Below, in pieces: positions 18,063-27,780 of a stretch of 64,000 nucleotides of DNA; the stretch's first letter is position 1; each line of letters starts with the position of its first letter. Position numbers and translations under genes: made by a program. Below the pieces are notes generated by a model. That model had not been told where the DNA came from, did no database searches, and saw nothing but the letters and a program-made list of their open reading frames with translations. The DNA is taken from NCBI GenBank assembly GCA_965217035.1, contig OZ244226.1:2090146-2154145 (forward strand), written 5' to 3'. This DNA comes from Bacteriovoracaceae bacterium. GTDB lineage: Bacteria; Bdellovibrionota; Bacteriovoracia; Bacteriovoracales; Bacteriovoracaceae.

Positions 18063-19081
18063 TGGGAGCCTAGGTAACCAGCGAGGTCAAGAACACGGTT
18101 AGAGAAACCAACTTCATTATCATACCAAGAGACAACTTTTACATTGTTTCCAATAACATTTGTTAGAGGCGCATCAAAGATTGATGATTCAGGTCTTCCT
18201 GTATAGTCAATTCCGACCAATTCTTTTTCTGTATAAGCAAGAATACCTTTCAAATTACTTTCTGAAGCATTTCGAATTGCAGTATTTACTTCCTCTTTTG
18301 TTACTGTTTTCTTGAGATTAACAGTGAGGTCAACCATAGAAACGTTAGGTGTCGGAACTCGAACAGCATAACCATCAAGTTTCCCTTGAAGCTCAGGAAT
18401 AACTAAACCAAGAGCTTTCGCTGCACCAGTTGAAGTTGGAATGATTGAAAGGGCCGCCGCACGCGATCTTCTCAAGTCGCCATGAGAGTTATCGAGAAGG
18501 TTTTGATCACTTGTATAAGCATGAACAGTTGTCATGAAACCATTTTCGATTCCAAAAGTATCATTGAGAACTTTCGCGATTGGAGCCAGGCAGTTTGTTG
18601 TACAGCTAGCATTAGAAATAATGTTATGTTCATTATGATTATAGTTTTCGTGGTTAATTCCCATAACAAAAGTTCCATCAATTTCTTTTCCTGGAGCGCA
18701 AAGGATTGCTTTTTTTACAGTTCCTCTTAGGTGCTTTCCAAGGCTTGCTTTGTCTCTAAAGACTCCAGAAGCATCAATAACAATATCAATATTATCTGAC
18801 TCCCAAGGAATTTCGCTCGGGTCTCGTAGGTCAAAGAAATTAAATTTTTGTCCATTCGCTACAAAAGATTCATGTTTCGCTTCTGAGATATTAAGTTTGA
18901 AGTGATGGTGAACTGAGTCATTTTCTAAAAGGTGAGGAAAGACATCATGAGAACCCGGATTATTTATAGAAGTGATTTCAAACCCAAGATCTTCACCTGC
19001 GGTTTTTCTTCTTAGGTATTCCCTAACTAAGTTTCGGCCAATGCGTCCAAGACCATTTATTCCAACATTGAGTTTTTTCAT
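18053..19081 (-). CDS. gap: glyceraldehyde-3-phosphate dehydrogenase (start moved to MKKLN, after an AAGGA SD)
   Basis: GINGLGRIGR, NASCTTNCLAP, WYDNE. Confidence 0.96.
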   Translation of the reverse strand: MKKLNVGINGLGRIGRNLVREYLRRKTAGEDLGFEITSINNPGSHDVFPHLLENDSVHHHFKLNISEAKHESFVANGQKFNFFDLRDPSEIPWESDNIDIVIDASGVFRDKASLGKHLRGTVKKAILCAPGKEIDGTFVMGINHENYNHNEHNIISNASCTTNCLAPIAKVLNDTFGIENGFMTTVHAYTSDQNLLDNSHGDLRRSRAAALSIIPTSTGAAKALGLVIPELQGKLDGYAVRVPTPNVSMVDLTVNLKKTVTKEEVNTAIRNASESNLKGILAYTEKELVGIDYTGRPESSIFDAPLTNVIGNNVKVVSWYDNEVGFSNRVLDLAGYLGSQWQ

Positions 19082-19198
19082 TGCGCTATCCTTTTTGTGA
19101 ATCCATAACATGCCACAAAAGGATGCCTCTGAAAAGAGTCTGACTAGACTGTTTAACGTGAATTTGCTTATATTGCGGGATATGCCAGGAGAGTTCCT

Positions 19199-20290
19199 AT
19201 GAGTCGAATTGAAGTAAAAAACTTAAAACCTAATGACCAAGTAGAAGGTGTTTATCTCGTTAAATATCTTGGGGTCATGGACAGCCGTGATGGTCGGAAA
19301 TACCTCAATATTGTCTTTAGTGATTCATCTGGGGATATTGAGGGAAGAGTTTGGAACAATGCTGAGGATATTGCAAAGCATATCAATAAAGGAAATTACG
19401 CACAGGTTAAGGGGAGAGTTAATTTCTACCAGGGAAGACGCCAACTTGTAGCCTCTAAAGTTGATCATGTCGCTAATTCGGAAGTTAATGAAAGTGAATT
19501 CATCCCTGCATCGGCTCATTCAGCGGAAGAGATGTACTCTGAGCTTCTCAAGCTTGTTGAAGTTTTAGATGACTTTTATATCAAAGCTCTTTTGCAAAAT
19601 GTTTTAGCTGATAAGGAGATTAATCGTCGTCTTTTGGTTTGGCAGGCAGGGAAGTCAATTCATCATGCTTATCAAGCAGGATTACTTGAACATATACTTT
19701 CTTGTGCTCATTTAGCGAACACTCTTTCTGATCATTATCAAGTGAATAAAAACTATGTCGTTGCTGGTGCAATCCTTCATGATCTTTGTAAAATCTATGA
19801 GCTTTCTAGTGGAGCAAGTGTCGATTATACAGAAGAAGGAAAGCTTATTGGTCATCTTGTAAAAGGTTTAGAGATTATTGATCGCTTCAGTTATAAAATT
19901 AAAAACTTTCCATACAATACGAAACTTCATTTAAAGCACATTGTTCTCTCTCATCATGGGCATTATGAATTTGGCTCTCCAAAAATTCCTCATACTCGAG
20001 AAGCAATGTTGGTTCATCATATTGATCTCATGGATTCAAAGATGGCAAGCTTTGAAGAAATTATGAAAAATGATTCTAACCCAGGCCATTGGTCGGGTTA
20101 TATAAAACATCTTGATCGGATGATTTTTAAAGCAGAGCTTCCATTTTACGAGAAAGAAATCTCTGATGAGGAGCTCGCCCAAACAAAATCTTTGTCTGAA
20201 ACCCCTAAAAAAAAGGAGAAGAAGAAATATGATCAGGAACTTAAGCAGAACCTAGGCAGTCTCTTGGAAGGTTTTGAAGTAAAAAAATAA
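19199..20290 (+). CDS. YhaM/Cbf1-family 3'-5' exoribonuclease (OB fold plus HD domain)
   Basis: N-terminal OB fold; HHAY..GLLEH, LHDLCK, SHHG..EFGSP, HHIDLMD. Confidence 0.88.
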   Translation: MSRIEVKNLKPNDQVEGVYLVKYLGVMDSRDGRKYLNIVFSDSSGDIEGRVWNNAEDIAKHINKGNYAQVKGRVNFYQGRRQLVASKVDHVANSEVNESEFIPASAHSAEEMYSELLKLVEVLDDFYIKALLQNVLADKEINRRLLVWQAGKSIHHAYQAGLLEHILSCAHLANTLSDHYQVNKNYVVAGAILHDLCKIYELSSGASVDYTEEGKLIGHLVKGLEIIDRFSYKIKNFPYNTKLHLKHIVLSHHGHYEFGSPKIPHTREAMLVHHIDLMDSKMASFEEIMKNDSNPGHWSGYIKHLDRMIFKAELPFYEKEISDEELAQTKSLSETPKKKEKKKYDQELKQNLGSLLEGFEVKK

Positions 20291-20408
20291 GCAACATAAA
20301 CTAAACCCCTCTGTCAGAAGAGAGTTTGCAAGCCTTCGTCTTAAGCATTCTAATATTTTCATTTCTCATGAGTTGTTATTTTAGCAATGGGTTATCCGTT
20401 AATCATCC

Positions 20409-21173
20409 CTAAAATCTAAAAAGCTTAATAGCATTTTCAGTTGTTACTCGAATCACTTCTTCTTCTGTTGTATTTTTCAGCTCAGCAATTTTTTCTACGA
20501 CGTGAGGAAGGAAATAGGGAGCGTTCTTTTTTCCTCGATGGGGGACGGGAGCTAAAAAAGGAGAGTCTGTTTCTATGAGAATTTGATCTAGTGGTGTATT
20601 TCGAACAATTTCTCTAATGTCTTCTGCATTTTTAAAAGTAATAATTCCATTAAAGCCAAGATAAAAACCAAGACTCAACATTTTCTCAGCGAGTTTAGAT
20701 GAGGATGTAAAGCTGTGAATAACCCCTTTTCTGTTAAGTTTAGGAGCGAATTCAGAAAGGATTTCATCAGTGTCTTCTTCTGCTTCTCTGGTGTGAATAA
20801 TGGTCGGTTTATCAAGATCGACAGCTATTTGAAGTTGTTTTCTAAAAACATCTTTTTGAGCATTTCTAGGAGAATTATCATAATGATAATCGAGACCAAC
20901 CTCTCCAATAGCAAGAACCTTTGACTCGGTTTGAGCTTGAAGTTTTATTTTTTCTCCAACCTGATCTGTATAAAGTTTTGCATCGTGAGGATGGATACCC
21001 TGAGAACAATAAACATTTTCATGATTATTTGCTATCTCGATTACTGAATCTAAATTATCTGGTTCTACTGAAATCGTAATGATTTTTTGAACTCCGACTT
21101 CCCATGATTTTTCTAATGTCTCAGCAAGTGGAGTTTCTTTTAAATAATCAAGATGGCAATGAGTTTCAATCAT
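20409..21173 (-). CDS. TatD-family nuclease
   Basis: THCHL, GIHPH, IGEVGLDY, IHTRE, ETDSPFL. Confidence 0.92.
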   Translation of the reverse strand: MIETHCHLDYLKETPLAETLEKSWEVGVQKIITISVEPDNLDSVIEIANNHENVYCSQGIHPHDAKLYTDQVGEKIKLQAQTESKVLAIGEVGLDYHYDNSPRNAQKDVFRKQLQIAVDLDKPTIIHTREAEEDTDEILSEFAPKLNRKGVIHSFTSSSKLAEKMLSLGFYLGFNGIITFKNAEDIREIVRNTPLDQILIETDSPFLAPVPHRGKKNAPYFLPHVVEKIAELKNTTEEEVIRVTTENAIKLFRF

Positions 21174-22324
21174 TTGTTTTCTAAAAGTGAATCAAAGAGT
21201 TTGAAGAACTGAATAAGGGCTAATCCTCCTTCAATCTTCTTTCCATTGATGATCATAGTAGGAGTTGATTTGACTCGATACTTTTTTCCTTGTTCGATTG
21301 CATCTTTAACGAATTTTTTGCTGGCTTCATTTTCAAAGCAACCATTAAGACCATATTTTTTCTCTAGGCCATTTAAAAATTCATTTGTAAGATTTGCTTG
21401 ATTTTCGAAAATCTCGTTATGAATCTCTTTAAATTTTTCTTGAGAGCAAATTGCCAGGTAGGAAGCCTTACAAGCAAGAGCATGGAAAGCTCCCTTGATT
21501 TCGCTATTACAAGCATTATCAAGAGGAAAGGGAAAGTAAGCGATATTGATTTTTCCTTTATATCTTTTTTTAACTTTCTTAAAAATATCATGCATTCGCT
21601 TACAGAAAGGACATTGAAAATCAGAAAACTCAATAATCCAAAGCGGAGCATCTTCTAGTTTGTCTGTTGATTTAGCAGTGAAATAAGGTGACTGAATTTC
21701 GGGTTCACCGAGATCTTTAAGATCATTTTTGAATTGATTAATAATGGATGCCGCAAGTTTCTCCTGTTTGTTAGCACTCGAGCTGGTTTGTACATAGCTA
21801 AAACCTACAATAACGAGGAATAAGACGCCCGAAATCGCTGCAGACTTAGGGTCAAATCCGACAGAGACATCGCTATAACGATAAAAGAGGAAGGCCGTTG
21901 CCCAGCTGATTACATAATAGCCTGTACAGAAAGGACAAAGCGTTTTTAAAACAACCAAAGAATAAACAAAAAGAGCAACGCATCCTAAAGCGTTGAGGTA
22001 AGCAAGAAGCTTATTGGTTGATTCAATCTCTTCTGATGGAAAAATTGTTGAACCAATAAAATTTAAATTAATAAAAAGACCGAATAAGGAAAGTGGGATT
22101 CCAAAGATACTTGCTATTGATGAAAAAGTCGCTGCATCACAATTAAAAAAGCTACTAATATCACAAGCAGATATGCCACTTCCAAGCCTCCCAGTTGGGA
22201 AGTGAACATCAAAATAATGCTTCGTTAAGTAAAGTGTGACTCCGACTCCAATAATATTGAGGAAGACAAAAAGTGCGTTGGGGAGAGTCATCCCTTGGTT
22301 CGTTAAAGTCCTGTTTTGGCCCAT
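21170..22324 (-). CDS. VKOR-DsbA/thioredoxin fusion (disulfide bond formation)
   Basis: VKOR loop cysteines (ACDISSFFNC) and TM CPFC; C-terminal FSDFQCPFC and STPT cis-Pro loop. Confidence 0.88.
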   Translation of the reverse strand: MGQNRTLTNQGMTLPNALFVFLNIIGVGVTLYLTKHYFDVHFPTGRLGSGISACDISSFFNCDAATFSSIASIFGIPLSLFGLFINLNFIGSTIFPSEEIESTNKLLAYLNALGCVALFVYSLVVLKTLCPFCTGYYVISWATAFLFYRYSDVSVGFDPKSAAISGVLFLVIVGFSYVQTSSSANKQEKLAASIINQFKNDLKDLGEPEIQSPYFTAKSTDKLEDAPLWIIEFSDFQCPFCKRMHDIFKKVKKRYKGKINIAYFPFPLDNACNSEIKGAFHALACKASYLAICSQEKFKEIHNEIFENQANLTNEFLNGLEKKYGLNGCFENEASKKFVKDAIEQGKKYRVKSTPTMIINGKKIEGGLALIQFFKLFDSLLENK

Positions 22325-22347
22325 AGCTATTCCTTTTCTCGGATATC

Positions 22348-22944
22348 CTATCCTAGGAGTTGATAATAATTGTAATTCCGATTTTGAGTGTTATCGCGTC
22401 TATAGCTATTGTATTGATTATTCTCGAATGTACAAAGTTCGGAGTCAATAATATTTATGGATCCAAAGAACTTCTTCATATCTTGCTTGGCTTGAGCTTG
22501 AAGGTTGAAATAAAGTTTTTTATCTTTTTCAACAAAGTTTGGTGAATCAGGGAAGTTTTCTTGAAACTCTTCGGTGACTTCAAAGGATGAAACTTGAATG
22601 CTTGGACCAATGACGGCCCTTTTCATTTTTAATCCTCCCAAAATTTCTAGAGTGTGAATACCTTTATGAATTCCACGCCAACCGGCATGAATAATAGCCC
22701 CGCCCTTTTCTCCCTCAAAAATAATTGGAAGGCAATCAGCTGTATAAACGGCAATCTTATATTGAGGTTTCACATCTTCCCAATGCCAATAAATTCCATC
22801 TCCTGGTAAGGGATTTTTGGCATGCCTGACCTGAGAAAGTGAATAAATGATATTGCTATGATCTTGTTTTGTATGAAGGTATCCGAGATCCTCTTTAGTG
22901 ACTCGATAGTGACCACGCTCTAAATTATTGTGATAAAGTTCCAT
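22348..22944 (-). CDS. pgeF: PgeF/YfiH family protein
   Basis: TADCLPI, HAGWRG, IGPSI, SYRR; conserved adjacency to rluD. Confidence 0.85.
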   Translation of the reverse strand: MELYHNNLERGHYRVTKEDLGYLHTKQDHSNIIYSLSQVRHAKNPLPGDGIYWHWEDVKPQYKIAVYTADCLPIIFEGEKGGAIIHAGWRGIHKGIHTLEILGGLKMKRAVIGPSIQVSSFEVTEEFQENFPDSPNFVEKDKKLYFNLQAQAKQDMKKFFGSINIIDSELCTFENNQYNSYRRDNTQNRNYNYYQLLG

Positions 22945-23908
22945 AATCAGATCTTAGTTGTTCGAGACAAGTTTGAAAAACTTGAGGAGGCTTTGTCTCA
23001 AAATGCAGATCTTTTTTAGTGATGGGATGCTTAAAGCCCAGCATTTTCGCATGAAGTAAGGGATATTCATATTCTCCAAGATAAGAACCCAATTCAGGTA
23101 ATCTTTGGAGGTGCTGAGTCGGTCTTCCATAACTAGGGTCATTGATAACGGGAGTTTGAAGAAGTTCATTGAGATGAACTCGAATTTGGTGAGTTCTTCC
23201 TGTTTCTAATGTCAACTGGGTTAAGTTGGCTCTCTCAAAGTCTTCAAGGACTTGGTAATGAGTTACGGCCTTCTTTCCAATATTCGTTTTCGTCGTCATT
23301 TTTTTTCGATTGGTTTTATGGCGACCAATTAGCGATTCTAATTTTCCACTTTTCTTTTGAGGAGATCCTAATGAAAGAGCAATATACTCTCTTTGGATAT
23401 TATGTTCTTTAAAAAGATCGACGAGTTTTTCATGAGTTTTTTGTTCTTTAGCTGCGACCATGACACCTGAAGTTCCCTTATCAAGACGGTGAACGATGCC
23501 AGGCCTTTTGATATTTCCAATTCCTTTGAGATCTTTGCAATGGTACATCAAAGCATTTACTAAAGTTCCTTTGGGATTTCCTGGTGCCGGATGAACGACA
23601 AGACCTGCTGGTTTATTGAGAATAACCAGGTACTCGTCCTCGAAAAGAATTTCTAAAGGAATATTTTCTGCTTCAATTGATGCATCTTCGGGGAGAGGAA
23701 TCGTAATTTCGATGATAGTCCCGAGAGCAGGAACCTTGCTTAAAGAAAGTGGGGTGTCGGCATCAATAAAGCCTTCAAGAAATAAATTTTTTAAATAACT
23801 TCTAGAATATTTAGGGAAACGATCTCGTAATAAAGCATCTAATCGTTTGTAATTTGATTTAATATCTTTATCGATAAGAAGATCGAGTTTTTCTGCAATG
23901 TCTTCCAT
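22925..23908 (-). CDS. rluD: RluD-type 23S rRNA pseudouridine synthase
   Basis: S4-like N-terminus, NKPAGLVVHP, GIVHRLDKGTSG, GRTHQIRVH. Confidence 0.88.
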   Translation of the reverse strand: MEDIAEKLDLLIDKDIKSNYKRLDALLRDRFPKYSRSYLKNLFLEGFIDADTPLSLSKVPALGTIIEITIPLPEDASIEAENIPLEILFEDEYLVILNKPAGLVVHPAPGNPKGTLVNALMYHCKDLKGIGNIKRPGIVHRLDKGTSGVMVAAKEQKTHEKLVDLFKEHNIQREYIALSLGSPQKKSGKLESLIGRHKTNRKKMTTKTNIGKKAVTHYQVLEDFERANLTQLTLETGRTHQIRVHLNELLQTPVINDPSYGRPTQHLQRLPELGSYLGEYEYPLLHAKMLGFKHPITKKDLHFETKPPQVFQTCLEQLRSDYGTLSQ

Positions 23909-23914
23909 TGGGAA

Positions 23915-24565
23915 CTATTGTAAAGGAGTTTCATTACGATGTCTTTTAACCTTATCGATATAAGATCGCGAGACAAGATCAGGATTAAGTTTTAAGTACT
24001 TAGCATACTGAAAAACAAAGCCTCGGATATAAGCTGTAGCAGGAAGTTTATCAAATTCCTCTGCTTCAATAAGAATAAGATAAGTCTTCAAGATTCTGGT
24101 GTACTCTGAAATCATCTCAAGGCTAACATTTTTGTATTCTCTGATTTCTTTTAAAAAGGTCCCTGAAAACTCTGGAGATTGTTCAATCTTTTGTTCAAAT
24201 CCAAAATCGACAGCATATTCGAGTTCTGTTTTGACATATTTTTTAGAGACTGGTTTTTTTGCTTCTTGAAAGTGATTAAAATCTTCTGAGTTTACTTTCT
24301 CAATGTCTTCTTCGATTCCCTTTACTTTGTTATATTCTGCTCTTTTTTCTGGTCTACTGAGAATAGAATAAGCTTGTTCTATTTCTTTTTGGATATTTTC
24401 ACAGTCATTCGTTGTCATTAAGGAATAGATCGCGGGGCTATCAGCTGAATAGGTAAAGAGGCTTCTTCTGTAAGCATCCTCTATTTCTTTTTGAGAAGCT
24501 CCTGGTGAAATTTCTAGAATTTCATAATAGTTCTTAGCTTCTAGTTCAGTGATGTTATTGATCAT
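23915..24565 (-). CDS. J-like domain plus RodZ-type HTH protein
   Basis: NYYEILEI...AYSILS.PEKRAEY J fold lacking HPD; C-terminal GTFLKEIRE...LP...YIRGFV.QYAKYL HTH. Confidence 0.8.
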   Translation of the reverse strand: MINNITELEAKNYYEILEISPGASQKEIEDAYRRSLFTYSADSPAIYSLMTTNDCENIQKEIEQAYSILSRPEKRAEYNKVKGIEEDIEKVNSEDFNHFQEAKKPVSKKYVKTELEYAVDFGFEQKIEQSPEFSGTFLKEIREYKNVSLEMISEYTRILKTYLILIEAEEFDKLPATAYIRGFVFQYAKYLKLNPDLVSRSYIDKVKRHRNETPLQ

Positions 24566-25581
24566 GATAGTCCCTTGAGTATTGTGGAAGTGATTCGCTG
24601 GATATTCTGCGCAACATGAGCATTAGGGAACTCCTTCATCAAAGGAGTTTTTCTTTTTACACTTTGCCAAACGGCAGAGTCATATTCGAGATAACCTGCA
24701 TAGTTTACATTGATTCCAAAATAGCCTTTTGCGACCTTCTCAATAGCAAAACCAAGATCTCTATCATTTTGGGTTCTAACTTGATTAATAACCAGGTTGA
24801 GATGCATCTTAGCCATTTCTTGCTCGATAAATTGACCTATTTTAGGAGAGCTACTTTTGATTTTTTTTATAAGCTCAAGTGGAGAGCTTGCAGATTGATT
24901 GATTTTAGCTTTGTGAGCCTGATTAATTAAATGTTGGATGTCAAAAGTTTCTTCGAACATGCTAAGGCGTCTATAAAAAACAGACTTAATAAAGCGGTAA
25001 GTGTTTTCAATTGCAGTTGGCTCAGGAAGTGAAACGAGAAATCCCTGATCGGCAGCAATAAAAAAGTCGAGAGTGTTAAAACTTGTTCCAGCTCCTAAAT
25101 CCAAAAGAATAAAATCTGCTTCAACATTTTCAAGACTTTTTAAGATCATGTTTTTATGAGTTTGCTTGAGGTTGGCAATTCCTATTTCATCTTGAGCCCC
25201 GCTAACCAATGACAGGTTAGGGATTGGTGTTTTTACAATGACATCATTGATATTAATGACTTTTTTAGAGATATAATCAGAAAGTGTTTTTTGAGGAATC
25301 GGAACACCTAGGCAGGTGTGGAGGTTAGCCCCACCTAAATCCAGGTCAATTGAAAGAACTTTATAACCTTGCTGGGCGAGAGCAATGGCCGTGTTGGCAG
25401 AGAAAAGACTTTTTCCAACTCCACCTTTTCCACCACCAATGGCCCAAATCGTTTTTTTGAGTGTAGTGCTCGCTTGAGTTTGCTGGAATTTTGAAAGAAT
25501 TTCTTGCGCAGGGCGCGATAACGCACGGCTCTTAATCTGCACAGTCTTGATTCTATTCTTTGACGAGTCGAATAAACTCAC
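24562..25581 (-). CDS. MinD/FlhG(FleN)-family ATPase
   Basis: Deviant Walker A GGKGGVGKS, DLDLGGANL, DLGAG, PEPT. Confidence 0.88.
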   Translation of the reverse strand: MSLFDSSKNRIKTVQIKSRALSRPAQEILSKFQQTQASTTLKKTIWAIGGGKGGVGKSLFSANTAIALAQQGYKVLSIDLDLGGANLHTCLGVPIPQKTLSDYISKKVININDVIVKTPIPNLSLVSGAQDEIGIANLKQTHKNMILKSLENVEADFILLDLGAGTSFNTLDFFIAADQGFLVSLPEPTAIENTYRFIKSVFYRRLSMFEETFDIQHLINQAHKAKINQSASSPLELIKKIKSSSPKIGQFIEQEMAKMHLNLVINQVRTQNDRDLGFAIEKVAKGYFGINVNYAGYLEYDSAVWQSVKRKTPLMKEFPNAHVAQNIQRITSTILKGLS

Positions 25582-25659
25582 AATTTCCTCTTCCTTAAGT
25601 GGTTTATAATTATTATAAAGTGAAAAATTATTATTGATAAAGCTTTATTTACAGGGTCG

Positions 25660-25674
25660 GTCAAAATTATTGAC
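25660..25674. promoter_or_regulatory. palindromic regulator binding site
   Basis: GTCAA-AATTA-TTGAC in a divergent intergenic region; same geometry as the palindrome at 26885-26899. Confidence 0.45.
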
Positions 25675-25730
25675 GTTATCAAACAATTTTAATTAATTTA
25701 GTGTGGAAACAAATCACGGACCAAGGACAA

Positions 25731-26417
25731 ATGGAAAGAAATAACGCCCTCGAATTCGTCTCAAAATCACCCACGCAAAACCTTACTGGTTTTGCGAAAA
25801 GACATGATATTCATTGGGCCAGAAAAATATGGCATATCTCGACAGGCTCTCTTGGAATTGCTTTTTACCTTGGCCTTGATCTCCCTGCGCAACCAGTGGC
25901 CATTGGATGCATCATTACAGCTGTTTTCTTTTGGTTATTTGATACAATTCGATTTCAATCACCACAGCTCAACGCTGTCTTTTGTAGAGTTACAAAACCA
26001 ATCTTAAGAACAAGTGAAATTCATCATTATGGAGGTCATTCTTTTTATCTTTTAGGGATTGGTCTTAGCCTCCTTTTGTTTAATGAAAAGATAGCAATTC
26101 TTTCTATTTTATTTTTGGTTTTTGCTGATCCACTAAGTTCTTTAGTTGGTGGGATATATGGAAAAGAAAAGATTCTTCCTAATAAGTCTCTAGAAGGTTC
26201 GTTAACATGTTTTATTGTTTGTTATACGCTTGCCTTTTTCTATATGAAGATTCTTGGTGTTACGAATAGCCATCTCGTCTTGTTTTGTCTGGCAGGTGGT
26301 GTTTTTGGTGCTCTTTCTGAACTGATCTCTGCGTTTAAAATCGATGACAATCTGACCATTCCAGTAGTTTCTGGATTAGGCCTGACTGTCTTCAATAATC
26401 TTTTAAACGTTTTATAA
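25731..26417 (+). CDS. CTP-dependent polyprenol/phytol/diacylglycerol kinase family membrane protein
   Basis: RKIWH, D..S.LVG..YG, NKSLEGS, DDNL; start chosen after an AAGGA SD. Confidence 0.82.
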   Translation: MERNNALEFVSKSPTQNLTGFAKRHDIHWARKIWHISTGSLGIAFYLGLDLPAQPVAIGCIITAVFFWLFDTIRFQSPQLNAVFCRVTKPILRTSEIHHYGGHSFYLLGIGLSLLLFNEKIAILSILFLVFADPLSSLVGGIYGKEKILPNKSLEGSLTCFIVCYTLAFFYMKILGVTNSHLVLFCLAGGVFGALSELISAFKIDDNLTIPVVSGLGLTVFNNLLNVL

Positions 26418-26762
26418 AGCACAATTAAGAGGGTAGGTCATTTGGTGACCCTTGTGAGAAACGATTGTAAGGTAATCGTCTACTTCGTTTAAATTTTGAA
26501 GGTCTGCAATTGCAACTTTGTACTTGTTTGTTCCCTTGTAAAAAGTCTTGGTAAACCCATTTGATGTTGATTGAGTTTTGACAAGTTCGTTTGATGCGAA
26601 CTCTCTTCCTCGTTCGAAGGTTTTCATGACTGCAACATTATCTCCATCAATAACGAGTTTAATCTCGTTATAGTTTGTTTGGCAGATAAGCTCTGTCGCC
26701 CCAGCTTCAGCATGGAAGCTAATACAAACGATGAAGAAAAAAATTGTCCAAATTGTTTTCAT
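26412..26762 (-). CDS. small secreted hypothetical protein
   Basis: Signal peptide, AGGAG SD, two mature-region Cys near the termini. Confidence 0.75.
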   Translation of the reverse strand: MKTIWTIFFFIVCISFHAEAGATELICQTNYNEIKLVIDGDNVAVMKTFERGREFASNELVKTQSTSNGFTKTFYKGTNKYKVAIADLQNLNEVDDYLTIVSHKGHQMTYPLNCAL

Positions 26763-26797
26763 TTGAGTCTCCTGAGTTATTTTCTCAGGTTCTATAT

Positions 26798-26815
26798 ATT
26801 CAAGACCAATGCCAG
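26798..26815 (-). promoter_or_regulatory. sigma54-like -24/-12 promoter
   Basis: CTGGCAT-TGGTC-TTGAAT on the minus strand (GA instead of GC at -12). Confidence 0.55.
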
Positions 26816-26883
26816 TTTTAAGGTCTTAAATTCAAGAACTTAGCTGTCTTTCTTGTTGCTCGATTAGATAAAACTTTTCACGG

Positions 26884-26900
26884 TGTCTAAAGTTTAGACA
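26884..26900. promoter_or_regulatory. perfect palindrome, candidate enhancer-binding-protein site
   Basis: TGTCTAAA-G-TTTAGACA (TGT-N11-ACA), about 70 bp upstream of the sigma54-like site. Confidence 0.55.
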
Positions 26901-27102
26901 GATTGAACTCAGTAGGCTGAAACGTGATATTGGATTGGAAGAAGATCTTATTCAGGGGAGTTCTTGATAAAAATCATCAGTGATTGAGGCATTTTTTTCC
27001 TGCTTGAAACTCAGCCAAAAGTTTGACGGGGGGTCTTTACTCTTTTTATCATTATTGATGAGAAAACAATAACTTATACGCGTTTCCTAAGAAAGGGGAT
27101 TT

Positions 27103-27753
27103 ATGGACTTAATCAACGGTTTCATTACTTTCATGAGTGATGGTGGCTCATTTATGGTTATCATTTTATTAGTCTTTTTTGCAGGATTAGCAATCAGTAT
27201 TGAAAGGTATTTACGCTTTAGATCTTTCGACTTAAACGCTGCTAGTTTTATGAATGAAATTCAAAAATTAGTTCTCGCAAATAAGATTAAGGATGCGATT
27301 CAGTTTTGCTCAGGCTCCAAAGCAATGCTTCCGAAGGTTATAAAAAACGGCTTAAAGCGATCTAACCAAGATACGGAACAAGTTCAAAATGCAATTGATG
27401 CAACGGCATTAGAAATCATTCCTAATGTTGAAAAAAGAATTCATTATCTAAATCTTTTAGCAAATATATCGACACTGCTAGGTTTATTGGGAACCATCTT
27501 TGGTCTTATCATGGCCTTTGAAGCTGTCGGTGCAGCAGATCCATCTCAAAAAGCAACAATCCTTGCTGCTGGTATTTCGAAAGCAATGAATACAACTGCT
27601 TTTGGATTGATTTCTGCAATTACAATCATGGTTTTTCACTCTCTTCTTACTTCTAAGTCTGAAAAAATTATTTCTGACGTCGATCAATATTCAGTGAAGT
27701 TATTAGATGTTTTAGGAACAATGAAAGTCATAGAAAAAAGTAACGAAGGGTAA
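27103..27753 (+). CDS. MotA/TolQ/ExbB proton channel (AglR-like)
   Basis: TLLGLLGTIFGL, AMNTTAFGL; 3 TM segments. Confidence 0.92.
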   Translation: MDLINGFITFMSDGGSFMVIILLVFFAGLAISIERYLRFRSFDLNAASFMNEIQKLVLANKIKDAIQFCSGSKAMLPKVIKNGLKRSNQDTEQVQNAIDATALEIIPNVEKRIHYLNLLANISTLLGLLGTIFGLIMAFEAVGAADPSQKATILAAGISKAMNTTAFGLISAITIMVFHSLLTSKSEKIISDVDQYSVKLLDVLGTMKVIEKSNEG

Positions 27754-27780
27754 ATTTAAACCTCAAGGAAGAGGAAGAAT

